From Malacoraja senta (taxonomy: Eukaryota), in NCBI GenBank assembly GCA_038087875.1, contig JAXLNO010000292.1, positions 1 to 63,803 of the forward strand: DNA of 63,803 nt, in the 5' to 3' direction. The notes below the pieces were generated by a model. It was not told the DNA's origin. It did not search any database and saw only the letters and a list, made by a program, of their open reading frames with translations. Shown here in pieces: positions 11,286 to 23,996 of the stretch. Both the position numbers and the translations under genes were made by a program. Each line of letters starts with the position of its first letter. The first letter of the stretch is position 1.

Positions 11286-13581
11286 TATGACCTTATAACA
11301 AACGTGATTTGCTTGGGATCATTTTGCACGTGGAAATTCTAATTGTTGATGGAGGAAATTTGAACAAATGTTTTAAAAAGTTCAGCTGAATGATTTGCAA
11401 AGGAAATGAGGCAAAATGTTGTTGTGTGGAGTGAACCTGAATGGCGAAAGGAAATGGAGTGGAATTATCAACACTTAGTTCATTGTGTAGAGACAGGTCC
11501 TTTGTGTTGGTCAAATTCATCTGGATCATTGGTGTCTCCCCAACCATGACCCATGAAGATCACCAGGCTCCATACGCCAAACATCGGTTATGGACGTCCA
11601 TATCATCGAGCACATGGGCGGCACAGCGATAGAGTTGCTGACTGACAGCATCGGAGAGCAGGGTTCGATCCCCACTGCGAGTGCTGTCTGTACAGAGTTT
11701 GCACGTTCTCCCCGTGACCGCATGGGTTTTCACCGAGTCTTCCGGTTTCCTCTCACACTCCAAAGACGTGCAGGTTTGCCGGTTAATTGGCTTCTGTAGC
11801 TTGTCCCTCGTGTATCGGAGAGAACAAGTGTGAATGGATGATCGCTGGTTGGCATGGACTAGGTGGACCTGTTTCCACGCTGTATATCGAAAGCAAACTA
11901 AAGTGAAGACCATTTCTATGCTAATCCTACCCTGACTCGTTCCAACCTCTCCATGTTCCATCAACTCATCATCCATCTCCAATGTTCCACCACTCAACTC
12001 AGTAACCAACCTATCTGCACATTTCTGAATAATGGAACATCATCTTAATCAAACTCCCGAGGTCACGGGGTGAATGTGAGGCGCAGCGGTAGAGCTGCTA
12101 CCTCGCTACTCCAGAGACCCGAGTTCAGACCCGACCTTGGGTGCCACCTATATGGACTTTGCAAGTTCTCTGTGTGACAGCGTGGGCTTCCTCTGGGTGC
12201 TCCGGTTTCCTCCCACATCCCACAGACGTGCGGGTTTGTAGGTTAATTGGCCCCCTGGTGTGTCGGGAGTGGATGAGAAAGTGGGATAGCATAGGGTGGC
12301 ACGGTGGCACAGTGGTAGAGTTGCTGACTCACAGCGCCAGAGAGCCCGGTTCAATCCTGACCACGAGTGCTGTCTGTACGGAGTTTGCACATTCTTCCTG
12401 GGACCGCCTAGGTTTTCTCCGGGTGCTCTGGTTTCCACTCACACACCAAAAACATGGAGGTTTGTAGGTTAATTGGTTCTGGTAAAAGTGTAAAATTGTC
12501 CCTAGTGTGTAGGATTGTGCTAGAATAGGAGGTGATCGCTGGTCATCGCGGACTCAGCGGGACAAGAAGCCTAATTTCCGTGCTGCATCGCTGAAGCCTC
12601 AGGTAAAGTCTAAAGTAAAGAACTAGGGTGAACGGTTGCTTGATGGTCGGCATGGACTCAGTAGGCCAAGGCAGACTGAGCATAAAAACACCTACTCTGA
12701 ACGAGAAAATGATGGCAGGAAATAAATGTTTCATTTGCTGTTTCAATCATGTAAATAAACCTTTAAAAAATGTTGCAAGCTGCCTGGCAATTTTCCAAGG
12801 GAACGAGTCGCAACACTCCAGGCCCTTCGGCCCACAGCGACCAGCGATCCCAGCACACTAGCACTACCCTACACACACGAGGGACAATTTACCTGCAAAC
12901 CTGCACGGCTTTGGAGTGTGGGAGGAACCCGGAGAAAACCCACGCAGTTCCCAGGGAGAATGTGTAAACTCCGTACAGACAGCACCTGTAGTCAGGATCG
13001 AACCTGGGTCCTTGGCGCAGTAAAGTAGCAACTCTACCGCTGCGCCACCATGCCGCCCAAAGTGGGTTTCCCATGGAACTTTGGATCACGTTTTTGACGC
13101 TACAGGAACATTCATAGTCCTCCTTTATTGACAAAATGAGTGGGACAAATACACCAATCCTCTCAACACCCTCGCTCCAGTTATCTCCAGTCCCCTTGTT
13201 GAACGTTGAGTAATATAAGAGATAGAATCAAAAATAATTATTAAAGTACTATAAAAGAGCTGCAAAACAAGTTATGATTACTTGTTGTGATTCCCTTCCC
13301 TGTGGCCCACATGGACCCCCACATATTGCTCCCCTCCATTCAATAACCCCCCCCCCCTCCGCCCACCTCATTCCTCCATACTTTACAATCCACAACTCTA
13401 CAAACCTGTCCAACACCTTCCTTCCTTATCTCTGGCCTTTGCTCCAACCATCTGCCTTTCAAAACCCTCCCCCCTCGCCTATGTCGACCGATTACCGTCC
13501 ACGCTTTATCCTGCCCATCTCCTTTTCAGTTTTCTTCTCTCTCCCCCCCCCTGCAATCAGTCTGAAGAAGGGTCTCGACCC

Positions 13582-14480
13582 GAGACGTCACCTATCCATG
13601 TTCGCCAGAGATGCTGCCTGACCCGCTGAGTTACTCCAGCACTCTGTGAAACGTCACCTATCCATGTTCTCCCGAGATGCTGCCTGACCCGCTGAGTTAC
13701 TCCAGCACTTTGTGAAACATCACCTATCCATGTTCTCCAGAGATGCTGCCTGACCTGCTGAGTTACTCCAGCACTTTGTGAAACATCACCTATCCATGTT
13801 CTCCAGAGATGCTGCCTGACCCGCTGAGTTAAGGGCCTGTCCCACGGTTATGAGGTAATTCAAGAGCTCTCCCGAGTTAAAAAAAAATCAAACTCGTGGT
13901 ATGTACGTAGAATGTACATAGCGGGTACGTCGGAGCTCGGGGACGTCCTCTCAGCGGTTCGTAACGCTAACGGCAGGTACTCGGGAAACGCGGTAAGCTC
14001 GAGAAGACTCGTGAAGATTTTTCAACATGTTGAAAAATGTCCACGAGAGCCCCGAGTACCTACGAGCGGCCATTACCGTAATTCTCCGAGTTCGAATCAG
14101 GGGAAACTCGAGAGAGCTCTTGAATTAGCTCGTACAGTGGGACAGGCCCTTAACTCCAGCACTCTGTGAAACGTCACCGATCCATTTTCTCCACAGATGC
14201 TGCCTGACCCGCTGAGTTACTCCAGCACTCTGTGAAACGTCACCTATCCATTTTCTCCACAGATGCTGCCTGACCCGCTGAGTTACTCCAGCACTCTGTG
14301 AAACGTTACCTATCCATGTTCTCCACAGATGTTGCCTGACCCGCTGAGTTACTCCAGCACTCTGTGAAACGTCACCTATCCATTTTCTCCACAGATGCTG
14401 CCTGACCCGCTGAGTTACTCCAGCACTCTGTGAAACGTCACCTATCCATGTTCTCCACAGATGCTGCCTGACCCGCTGAG
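13582..14480 (+). repeat. 66-bp tandem array (Penelope pseudo-LTR derived), ~9 units, continuing at 17795-17877
   Basis: Unit GTGAAACGTCACCTATCCATGTTCTCCAGAGATGCTGCCTGACCCGCTGAGTTACTCCAGCACTCT, interrupted by the MITE and the CR1. Confidence 0.95.
13832..14150. mobile_element. PIF/Harbinger-like MITE (319 bp)
   Basis: Perfect 14-bp TIR AGGGCCTGTCCCAC, flanked by TTA/TAA, inserted in a 66-bp repeat unit. A related left end is at ~54115-54230. A TTAA-target reading is also possible. Confidence 0.8.
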
Positions 14481-17400
14481 TAGTGGAAGGTGTGACCTGT
14501 ACAAAAAGGACGGGTTGCACTTGAACCTGAGGGGGACCGATATCCTGGCGGGGAGATCTGCAAAGGCTACTGGGGAGACTTTAAACTAGAATGGTTGGGG
14601 GGAGGGACTCAAATAGAGAAAGCTATTAGACAGTGTGTGAGGCAGGAGGCAGAGAAGGAAAGCACTCAGACCCAACATGTAGGGGGGAAAGAAGAAAACA
14701 ATAATAAACAGAGAATAAGAGGTGGTGGGGTTCTTAAATGGGTGAGCCGAGAAACAGAGGGTGTAAAATGCGGGTGGAAGCAATAGGTAGCAAGGTGAAA
14801 AGTAAAAGTGGCAGGCAGATAAATCCAGGGCAAAAATCAAAAAGGGCCACTTTTCAACATAATTGTATAAGGGGTAAGAGCGTTGTAAAAACAAGCCTGA
14901 AGGCTTTGTGTCTCAATGCAAGGAGCATTCATAATAAGGTGGATGAGTTGAACGTGCAGATAGCTATTAATGATTATGATATAGTTGGGATCACGGAGAC
15001 ATGGCTCCAGGGTGACCAAGGCTGGGAGCTGAACATCCAGGGATATTCAATATTCAGGAGGGATAGAGAGAAAGGAAAAGGAGGTGGGGTAGCGTTGCTG
15101 GTTAGAGAAGAGATTAACGCAGTGGAAAGGAAGGACATTAGCTTGGAGGATGTGGAATCGGTATGGGTAGAGCTGCGAAACACTAAGGGGCAGAAAACGC
15201 TGGTGGGTGTTGTGCACAGGCCACCTAGCAGTAGTAGTGAAGTTGGGGATGGCATCAAACAGGAAATTAGAAATGCGTGCAACAAAGGCAAAACAGTTAT
15301 AATGGGTGACTTCAATCTACATATAGATTGGGTGAATCAAATTGGCAGGGGTGCTGAGGAAGAGGATTTCTTGGAATGTATGCGGGATAGTTATCTAAAC
15401 CAACATGTAGAGGAACCAACGAGAGAGCAGGCTATTCTAGACTGGGTATTGATTAATGAGGAAGGGTTAGTTAGCAGTCTTGTTGTGCGTGCCCCCTTGG
15501 GCAAGAGTGACCATAATATGGTTGAGTTCTTCATTAGGATGGAGAGTGACATTGTTAATTCAGAAACAACGGTTCTGAACTTAAAGAAAGGTAACTTTGA
15601 GCGTATGAGACGTGAATTGGCCAAGATTGACTGGCAATTAGTTCTAAAAGGGTTGACGGTGGATATGCAATGGAAGGCATTTAAAGACTGCATGGATGAA
15701 CTACAAAAATTGTTCATCCCAGTTTGGCAAAAGAATAAATCAGGGAAGGTAGTGCATCCGTGGATAACAAGGGAAATCAGGGATATTATCAAAGCAAAAG
15801 ATGATGCGTACAAATTAGCCAGAAAAAGCAGCATACCAGAGGACTGGGAGAAATTCAGAGACCAGCAGAGGAGGACAAAGGGCTTAATTAGGAAAGGGGA
15901 AATAGATTATGAAAGAAAAATGGCAGGGAACATAAAAACTGACTGCAAAAGTTTTTATAGATATGTGAAGAGAAAGAGATTAGTTAAAACAAATGTAGGT
16001 CCCTTGCAGTCAGAAACAGGTGAATTGATCATGGGGAACAAGGATATGGCGGACCAATTGAATAACTACTTTGGTTCCGTCTTCACTAAGGAAGACATAA
16101 ATAATCTGCCGGAAATAGCAGGGGACCGCGGGTCAAAGGAGATGGAGGAACTGAGTGAAATCCAGGTTAGTCGGGAAGTGGTGTTGGGTAAATTGAATGG
16201 ATTAAAGGCCGATAAATCACCAGGGCCAGATAGGCTGCATCCCAGAGTACTTAAGGAAGTAGCTCCCGAAATAGTGGATGCATTAGTGATCATTTTTCAA
16301 AACTCTTTAGATTCTGGAGTAGTTCCTGAGGATTGGAGGGTAGCAAACGTAACCCCACTTTTTAAGAAGGGATGGAGAGAGAAAACGGGGAATTACAGAC
16401 CAGTTAGTCTAACATCGGTAGTGGGGAAACTGCTAGAGTCAGTTATTAAAGATGGGATAGTAGCACATTTGGAAAGTGGTGAAATCATTGGACAAATTCA
16501 GCATGGATTTACGAAAGGTAAATCATGTCTGACGAATCTTATAGAATTTTTCGAGGATATAACTAGTAGAGTGGATAGGGGAGAACCAGTGAATGTGTTG
16601 TATCTGGACTTTCAGAAGGCTTTCGACAAGGTCCCACATAAGAGATTAGTATACAAACTTAAAGCACATGGTATTGGGGGTTCAGTATTGATGTGGATAG
16701 AGAACTGGCTGGCAAACAGGAAGCAAAGAGTAGGAGTAAACGGGTCCTTTTCACAATGGCAGGCAGTGACTAGTGGTGTACCGCAAGGCTCAGTGCTGGG
16801 ACCCCAGCTATTTACAATTTATATTAATGAACTGGATGAGGGAATTGAAGGCAACATCTCCAAGTTTGCGGATGACACTAAGCTGGGGGGCAGTGTTAGC
16901 TGTGAGGAGGATGCTAGGAGACTGCAAGGTGACTTGGATAGGCTGGGTGAGTGGGCAAATGTTTGGCAGATGCAATATAATGTGGATAAATGTGAGGTTA
17001 TCCACTTTGGCGGCAAAAACAGGAAAGCAGACTATTATCTAAATGGTGGCCGATTAGGAAAAGGGGAGATGCAGCGAGACCTGGGTGTCATGGTACACCA
17101 GTCATTGAAAGTAGGCATGCAGGTGCAGCAGGCAGTGAAGAATGCAAATGGTATGTTAGCTTTCATAGCAAAAGGATTTGAGTATAGGAGCAGGGAGGTT
17201 CTACTGCAGTTGTACAGGATCTTGGTGAGACCACACCTGGAGTATTGCTTACAGTTTTGGTCTCCAAATCTGAGGAAGGACATTATAGCCATAGAGGGAG
17301 TACAGAGAAGGTTCACCAGACTGATTCCTGGGATGTCAGGACTTTCATATGAAGAAAGACTGGATAGACTTGGCTTATACTCGCTAGAATTTAGGAGATT

Positions 17401-17794
17401 GAGAGGGGATCTTATAGAAACGTACAAAATTCTTATGGGGTTGGACAGGCTAGATGCAGGAAGATTGTTCCCGATGTTGGGGAAGTCCAGGACAAGGGGT
17501 CACAGCTTAAGGATAAGGGGGAAATCCTTTAAGACCGAGATGAGAAAAAACTTTTTCACACAGAGAGTGGTGAATCTCTGGAACTCTCTGCCACAGAGGG
17601 TAGTTGAGGCCAGTTCATTGGCTATATTTAAGAGGGAGTTAGATGTGGCCCTTGTGGCTAAAGGGATCAGGGGGTATGGAGAGAAGGCAGGTACGGGATA
17701 CTGAGTTGGATGATCAGCCATGATCATATTGAATGGCGGTGCAGGCCCGAAGGGCCGAATGGCCTACTCCTGCACCTATTTTCTATGTTTCTAT
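14481..17794 (+). mobile_element. CR1-clade LINE, 5'-truncated within ORF1, intact ORF2, (TTTCTATG)n tail
   Basis: ORF1 esterase C-terminus (GRCDLYKKDGLHLNLRGTDILAG...LN*) at ~14484-14589, then ORF2, the CR1 3' stem-loop GGCCCGAAGGGCCGAATGGCC and the tail. It interrupts a 66-bp repeat unit (ctgagt|...|gttactccag). Confidence 0.95.
14738..17704 (+). CDS. CR1 ORF2: apurinic endonuclease plus reverse transcriptase (988 aa)
   Basis: Uninterrupted ORF with endonuclease motifs (LNARS, GITETW, MGDFN, SDH) and RT motifs (PGPD, YRPVSLTS, LDFQKAFDKV, GVPQGSVLGP, FADD). Confidence 0.95.
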   Translation: MGEPRNRGCKMRVEAIGSKVKSKSGRQINPGQKSKRATFQHNCIRGKSVVKTSLKALCLNARSIHNKVDELNVQIAINDYDIVGITETWLQGDQGWELNIQGYSIFRRDREKGKGGGVALLVREEINAVERKDISLEDVESVWVELRNTKGQKTLVGVVHRPPSSSSEVGDGIKQEIRNACNKGKTVIMGDFNLHIDWVNQIGRGAEEEDFLECMRDSYLNQHVEEPTREQAILDWVLINEEGLVSSLVVRAPLGKSDHNMVEFFIRMESDIVNSETTVLNLKKGNFERMRRELAKIDWQLVLKGLTVDMQWKAFKDCMDELQKLFIPVWQKNKSGKVVHPWITREIRDIIKAKDDAYKLARKSSIPEDWEKFRDQQRRTKGLIRKGEIDYERKMAGNIKTDCKSFYRYVKRKRLVKTNVGPLQSETGELIMGNKDMADQLNNYFGSVFTKEDINNLPEIAGDRGSKEMEELSEIQVSREVVLGKLNGLKADKSPGPDRLHPRVLKEVAPEIVDALVIIFQNSLDSGVVPEDWRVANVTPLFKKGWREKTGNYRPVSLTSVVGKLLESVIKDGIVAHLESGEIIGQIQHGFTKGKSCLTNLIEFFEDITSRVDRGEPVNVLYLDFQKAFDKVPHKRLVYKLKAHGIGGSVLMWIENWLANRKQRVGVNGSFSQWQAVTSGVPQGSVLGPQLFTIYINELDEGIEGNISKFADDTKLGGSVSCEEDARRLQGDLDRLGEWANVWQMQYNVDKCEVIHFGGKNRKADYYLNGGRLGKGEMQRDLGVMVHQSLKVGMQVQQAVKNANGMLAFIAKGFEYRSREVLLQLYRILVRPHLEYCLQFWSPNLRKDIIAIEGVQRRFTRLIPGMSGLSYEERLDRLGLYSLEFRRLRGDLIETYKILMGLDRLDAGRLFPMLGKSRTRGHSLRIRGKSFKTEMRKNFFTQRVVNLWNSLPQRVVEASSLAIFKRELDVALVAKGIRGYGEKAGTGY

Positions 17795-19651
17795 GTTACT
17801 CCAGCACTCTGTGAAACGTCACCTATCCATGTTCTCCAGAGATGCTGCCTGACCCGCTGAGTTACTCCAGCACTCTGTATCCTTTGGTGCACTTATAAAC
17901 CAGCATCTGTAGGCCATAAGTGATAGGAGCAGAATTAGGCCATTCGGCCCATCAAGTCTACTCCAACATTCAATCATGGCTGATCTATCTCTCCCTCCTA
18001 GCCCCATTCTCCTGCCTTCTCCCCATAACCCCTGAACCCTGTTCTTTGTTTCCAAGTTATGATTACAGGTGCATTAATTCATGGACCAATGTGAGGGTAG
18101 GATAAATAAATATATATTTTATATATAGCTTCAAAGTGCAAGTTCTATTTTGAATAAACCTGTGGAATATCTCACTTTTTTAATCCAAGATAAGGCGTAT
18201 CAGAGTGACTTGGTGTTCATTCACATAGGCGGTAATGTGATTCATAAATTCAGCCCTACTGAATGATGTTAGCCCAATAGGAGTGTTGGGATGGGAGGTC
18301 TCTTTTGTGATCTTATTTATGGGGAGAAGGCAAGAGAACGGGGTTAGGATGGAGAGATAGATCAGTCATGATTGAATGGCGGAGTAGATGATGGGCCAAA
18401 TGGCCTAATTCTGCTCCTATCACTGATGATCTTACTTATGAGAGGCCCCGTAAATGGCCATGGCTTCTTATAGCAAGGCCCTTCAGTCTGAACTACTATC
18501 TACCTCATTGGTGACCCTCAGACTATCCTTGATCGGACTTTACTGGCTTTACCTTGCACTAAACGTTATTCCCTTATCATGTATCTACACACTGTAAATG
18601 GTTCGATTGTAATCACCTATAGTCTTTGTGCCGACTGGATAGCATGCAACAAAAGCTTTCCCCTGTATCTCAGTACACGTGACAATAAACTAAACTGAAC
18701 TGAAGGTTCACATCAATGTTGACCCTTCTGCCCACCTACTGTAGACTAACCCTATTTGCTCAAATGGTGACCATGTCATCCTGTGCATTACCTTTGTCAG
18801 TCCAAATGTCTCAAACAAATTTAACAGGAGGTATAAAAGTGGCCGATGAAGTAACTGCTCTGAACTCACACCGTGAAGTTTAATGCAAATGACCCGTGCA
18901 ATCTCTGACCTACATTTATTCCCTGCTCATTCTTGTCCCAAATGTTTAATCCTAAAATAGACACAAAATGCTGGACAGGGGGACAGGCAGCATCTCTGGA
19001 TAGAAGGAATGGGTGACGTTTCGGGTCGAGCACCTTCTTCAGACTGACCCGAAACGTCACCCGTTCCTTCTATCCAGAGATGCTGCCTGTCCCGCTGAGT
19101 TACTCCAGCTTTTTGTGTCTATCTTTGCTGCAAACCAGCATCTGCAGTTCCTTCCTACACATTTAATCCTAATTCTATTTTCAAAGTACACACACAATTT
19201 TTTTTGTTAGGTTTTGCCTTTTTACCCAGAACTTAAATGGAAAGCAAAAGAGCATCAGGTTCATCACATTGTGCTCAGTTTTTAAATAAGAAGCCATATT
19301 CATTTAGAGAAACAAGGAATTTACCAACCACAAACTGTAGATGCAGGTTTACAAAAGACACATCGCGGGTCAGGCAGTATCTCTGGAGAACATGGAAAGG
19401 TGACGTTTCACAAAGTGCTGGAGTAACTCAGCGGGTCAGGCAGCATCTCCATGAACATGGAGTAACTCAGCGGGTCAGGCAGCATCTCCATGAACATGGA
19501 GTAACTCAGCGGGTCAGGCAGTATCTCTGGTGAACATGGATAGGTGACGTTTCACAGAGTGCTGGAGTAACTCAGCGGGTCAGGCAGCATCTGTGGAGAA
19601 CATGGATAGGTGACGTTTCACAGAGTGCTGGAGTAACTCAGCGGGTCAGGC

Positions 19652-19935
19652 ATTCCCACATTGACCTTTCTGTCCTGGGCCTCCTCCATTGTCAGAGTGA
19701 GGCCCAGCGGAAATCAGAGGAACAGCACCTCATATTTCACTTACAACCCAGCAGTAATTTTTTTTTGATTTCTCTAACTTTAAGTAACCCTTGCTTTCCC
19801 TCTCTCTCCGTCCCCCCCCCCCCCCCCCCCCCACCCTGGTTCTCCAACTAATTTCACTGTCCTCCTGATTCATTTTACTATTTGCATGCCTCGTTGTCAT
19901 CTTCCCCTCAGCCAACAATGAACCATATTACATTT
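19652..19935 (+). mobile_element. Penelope GIY-YIG C-terminal fragment with an inverted pseudo-LTR array upstream
   Basis: SHIDLSVLGLLHCQSEAQRKSEEQHLIF, homologous to the copy at 24330-24470. Confidence 0.8.
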
Positions 19936-20879
19936 CATAGAAACATAGAAACATAGAAAATAGGTGCAGGAGGCCATTCGGCCCTTCGAGCCAGCACCGC
20001 CATTCATTGTGAACATGGCTGATCGTCCCCAATCAATAACCCGTGCCTGCCTTCTCCCCATATCCCTTGATTCCACTAGCCCCTAGAGCTCTATCTAACT
20101 CTCTCTTAAATCCATCCAGTGATTTGGCCTCCACTGCCCTCTGTGGCAGTGAATTCCATAAATTCACAACTCTCTGGGTTAAAAAGTTTTTTCTCACCTC
20201 AGTCTTAAATGACCTTTCCTTTATTCTATGAATGTGGCCCCTGGTTCTGGACTCGCCCAACATTGGGAACAATTTTTCCTACATCTAGCTTGTCCAGTCC
20301 TTTTATAATTTTATATGTTTCTATAAGAACCCCCCTCATCCTTCTAAACTCCAGTGAATACAAGCCTAATCTTTTCAATCTTTCCTCATATGACAGTCCC
20401 GCCATCCCAGGGATCAATCTCGTGAACCTACACTGCACTGCCTCAATCACAAGGATGTCCTTCCTCAAATTAGGAGACCAAAACTGTACACAATACTCCA
20501 GATATGGTCTCACCAGAGCCCTATACAACTGCAGAAGAACCTCTTTACTCCTATACTGAAATCCTCTTGTTATGAAGGTCAACATTCCATTAGCTTTCTT
20601 CACTGCCTGCTGTACCTGCTTTCCTAGAACATCGTCTGCTTTGATCTGTCATTTTCACACCTTACCCTTCCATATTTCAAGTTTCCCTCTACCCTGACTC
20701 ACAGTCTGCAAAAGGGTCTCGACTTGAAACGTCACCCATTCCTTCTCTCCAGAGATGCTGCCTGAGTTACTCCAGCATTTTGTGTCTACCTTCGAATTAA
20801 ACCAGCATCTGCAGTTCCTTCCTAGACTTAAGAAGGGTCGTGTCCTGAAACATTGTCTTCTGTATATGATCTGTTTACT

Positions 20880-20907
20880 CTGATGAAGGGTCACAACCTG
20901 AAACGTC
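20880..20907 (+). ncRNA. Minimal type I hammerhead ribozyme-like motif of the Penelope pseudo-LTR (representative copy)
   Basis: CTGATGA-A-GGGT-CACA-ACCT-GAAAC-GTC gives a CUGANGA core, helix II, GAAA and a GUC site. Similar copies at 13562-13589, 54508-54536 and ~19015-19043 (minus), among others. Activity not shown. Confidence 0.65.
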
Positions 20908-21426
20908 AATTATCCATGTTCTCCAGAGATGCTGCCTGACCCGCTGAGTTACTCCAGCACTCTGTGAAACGTCACCTATCCATGTTCTCCACAGATGCTG
21001 CCTGACCCGCTGAGTTACTCCAGCACTCTGTGAAACGTCACCTATCCATGTTCTCCACAGATGCTGCCTGACCCGCTGAGTTACTCCAGCACTCTGTGAA
21101 ACGTCACCTATCCATGTTCTCCAGAGATGCTGCCTGACCCGCTGAGTTACTCCAGCACTCTGTGAAACGTCACCTATCCATGTTCTCCAGAGATGCTGCC
21201 TGACCCACTGAGTTACTCCAGCACTCTGTGAAACGTCACCTATCCATGTTCTCCAGAGATGCTGCCTGACCCGCTGAGTTACTCCAGCACTCTGTGAAAC
21301 GTCACCTATCCATGTTCTCCAGAGATGCTGCCTGACCCGCTGAGTTACTCCAGCACTCTGTGAAACGTCACCTATCCATGTTCTCCACAGATGCTGCCTG
21401 ACCCACTGAGATACTCCAGCACTCTG
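20900..21426 (+). repeat. 66-bp tandem array, 8 units
   Basis: Same unit. Smaller arrays at ~19365-19651 (-), ~29250-29495, ~44918-45113, ~54230-54420 (-) and ~54528-54658. Confidence 0.95.
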
Positions 21427-22734
21427 TCTCTTCCATGTTTCAAATGACCATTTTCTACTTGCTGTGTTATTTTCCTTATAAGACCACATCTTATTCAGCA
21501 GCAGAGTTTTACAGCATGGAAACAGACTCTTCGACCCACCAGGTCTGCAGCAACAATCCATTTATAAATTCATTTGCAATCGCCTCCCCCCACCCTCATT
21601 CTCTCCACATTTCTTTCTCCTCTAGGTCTTGGCACTGATCTACATGAAGACATTTTGCAAATGCACACCTCCGGACAGTTTCTACCCAGCTGTTATCAAG
21701 CAACTGAACCATCCTACCACCAATTAGAAAGTGGTCCTGAGCTACCATCTACCTCATTGGAGAACCTCGGACTATCTATAATTGGACTTTACCGGACTTT
21801 ATCTTGCACTAAACTTTATTCCTGTATCCGTACACTGTGGATGGCTTGATTTTAGTTTAGTTTAGTTTAGAGATACAGCGCGGAAACAGGCCCTTCAGCC
21901 CACCGGGTCCGCGCCGACCAGCGATCCCGCACGTGCACACTATCCTACACCCGCTAGGGACAATTTTTACATTTACCGAGCCAATTAACGTACAAACCTG
22001 TACGTCTTTGGAATGTGGGAGGAAACTGAAGATCTCGGAGAAAACCCACGCAGGTCACAGGGAGAACGTACAAACTCCGTACAGACAGCACCCGTAGTCG
22101 GGATTGAACCTGGGTCTCTGCCACTGCATTCGCTGTAAGGCAGCAACGCTACCGTTGCGCCACCGTGACTCCCCGCAAGTTTGTAATCATGTATAGTCTT
22201 TCTGTAGACTGGATAGCATGAAAGAAAAAAGCTGCTCCTGTACCTCAGTACACGTGACAATAAACTAAACTGAACAATGGCCAATTAAGCTACCAACGTG
22301 TGGGTCTTTAGAACGTGAAAGGAACCGGAGCACCTGGAGGAAACTCACAGCTTCATAGGGAAACGTGCAAACACCACGCAGACAGCAGAGGTCAGGATTG
22401 AACCATGGCTACTGGAGCAGTGAGCCAGTGTCTCCACTATCTGCATCACAAGGGGTGATTTACTCGTGCATTTCAGATAAATTCCTCCCATTATGACCCC
22501 TTGCATCGAATCTCAATTCACAGGGAATGGCATTTAACTTAAAGTTTAATTTTGAGGCCTATAATAAAATTGGTTTCACTGTCACGAACGATTGTACGGC
22601 TTCTCAATTTCATTAATATTTCTGTTTTTAAATAAAAGTCCTCAATTATGCTTGGTGCGTTGCCCTCCTTATTTAAGCATTGAGCCGTTACACGTACCGT
22701 TAGAATTTCCCATTATAATACCAAATGGATTGGA

Positions 22735-23450
22735 AAGGGTAGGATGGGGACCCACAGTCCTGTTTATATCAACGGGTCGATGGTGGAAAGGGTCAAGAGC
22801 TTCAAATTCCTGGGCGTGCACATCTCTAAAGATCTTTCCTGGTCCTAGAACACTGATGCAATTATTAAGAAAGCACATCAGCGCCTCTACTTCCTGAGAA
22901 GATTACGGAGAGTCGGTTTGTCAAGGAGGACTCTCTCTAACTTCTACAGGTGCACAGTAGAGAGCATGCTGACCGGTTGCATCGTGGCTTGGTTCGGCAA
23001 CTTGAGCACCCTGGAGAGGAAAAGACTACAAAAAGTAGTAAACACTGCCCAGTCCATCATCGGCTCTGACCTCCCTTCCATCGAGGGGATCTATCGCAGT
23101 CGCTACCTCAAAAAGGCTGGCAGCATCATCAAAGCCCAAACCATCCTGGCCACACACTCATCTCCCTGCTACCTTCAGGTAGAAGGTACAGCAGCCTGAA
23201 GACTGCAACGACCAGGTTCAGGAATAGCTACTTCCCCACAGACAAAACTCTGAACATTAATAGCCCACTATCTGTTTATTTGCACTTTATCAGTTTATTT
23301 ATTCATGTATGTATATATTTATATAATGGTATATGGACACACGGATCTGTTCTGTAGTCAATGCCTACTATATTCTGTTGTGCTGAAGCAAAGCAAGAAT
23401 TTCATTGTCCTATCTGGGACACATGACAATAAAACTCTCTTGAACTTGAA
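22735..23450 (+). mobile_element. Rex1/Babar LINE 3' fragment
   Basis: Near-identical to 31235-31950. Confidence 0.88.
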
Positions 23451-23996
23451 GGACGCTGCCTCACCGCTGAGTTACTCCAGCATTTTGTGTCTATCAAGGT
23501 TTAGAAGGATATGGGCCAAGGATATGGGGCAGCACGGTGGCGCAGCAGTAGAGTTGCTGCCTCACAGCGCCAGAGACCTGGGTTCAATCCTGACTACGGG
23601 TGCTGTCTGTACAAAGATTGTACATTCTCCCCGTGACCATGTGGGTTTTCTCCGGGTGCTCCGGTTTCCTCCAACGCTCAAAGACGTACAGGTTTGTGGG
23701 TTAATTGGCTGAGGTAAAAGATTGTAATTTGGGGGATCGCTGGTCGGCGCGGACTCGGTGGGCCGAAGGGCCCGTTTCCATGCTCTATCTGTACAGTAAG
23801 CTAAACTAATGCAGGCAGGTGGGATTAGTGGAGTTGAGGCACCTTGGTCAGCATCGGCAAGTTGGGCCGAAGGGCACCTCTCCATGCTGCATGACTCTAT
23901 GACTGTAAGTGTTGACTTGAACCTGTTGTAATGGCAGGCACTGAGTTTCCCAGTGGTAACTGATTCCCTTTCATCCTTACTGCACCAGAGCTTGAT

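Noticed and set aside
20875..21561. 66-bp arrays as CRISPR arrays, or the 228-aa repeat ORF as a protein
   Set aside because: Units are contiguous with no unique spacers and no cas genes, in a vertebrate context. The ORF exists only because 66 is divisible by three and that frame lacks stops.
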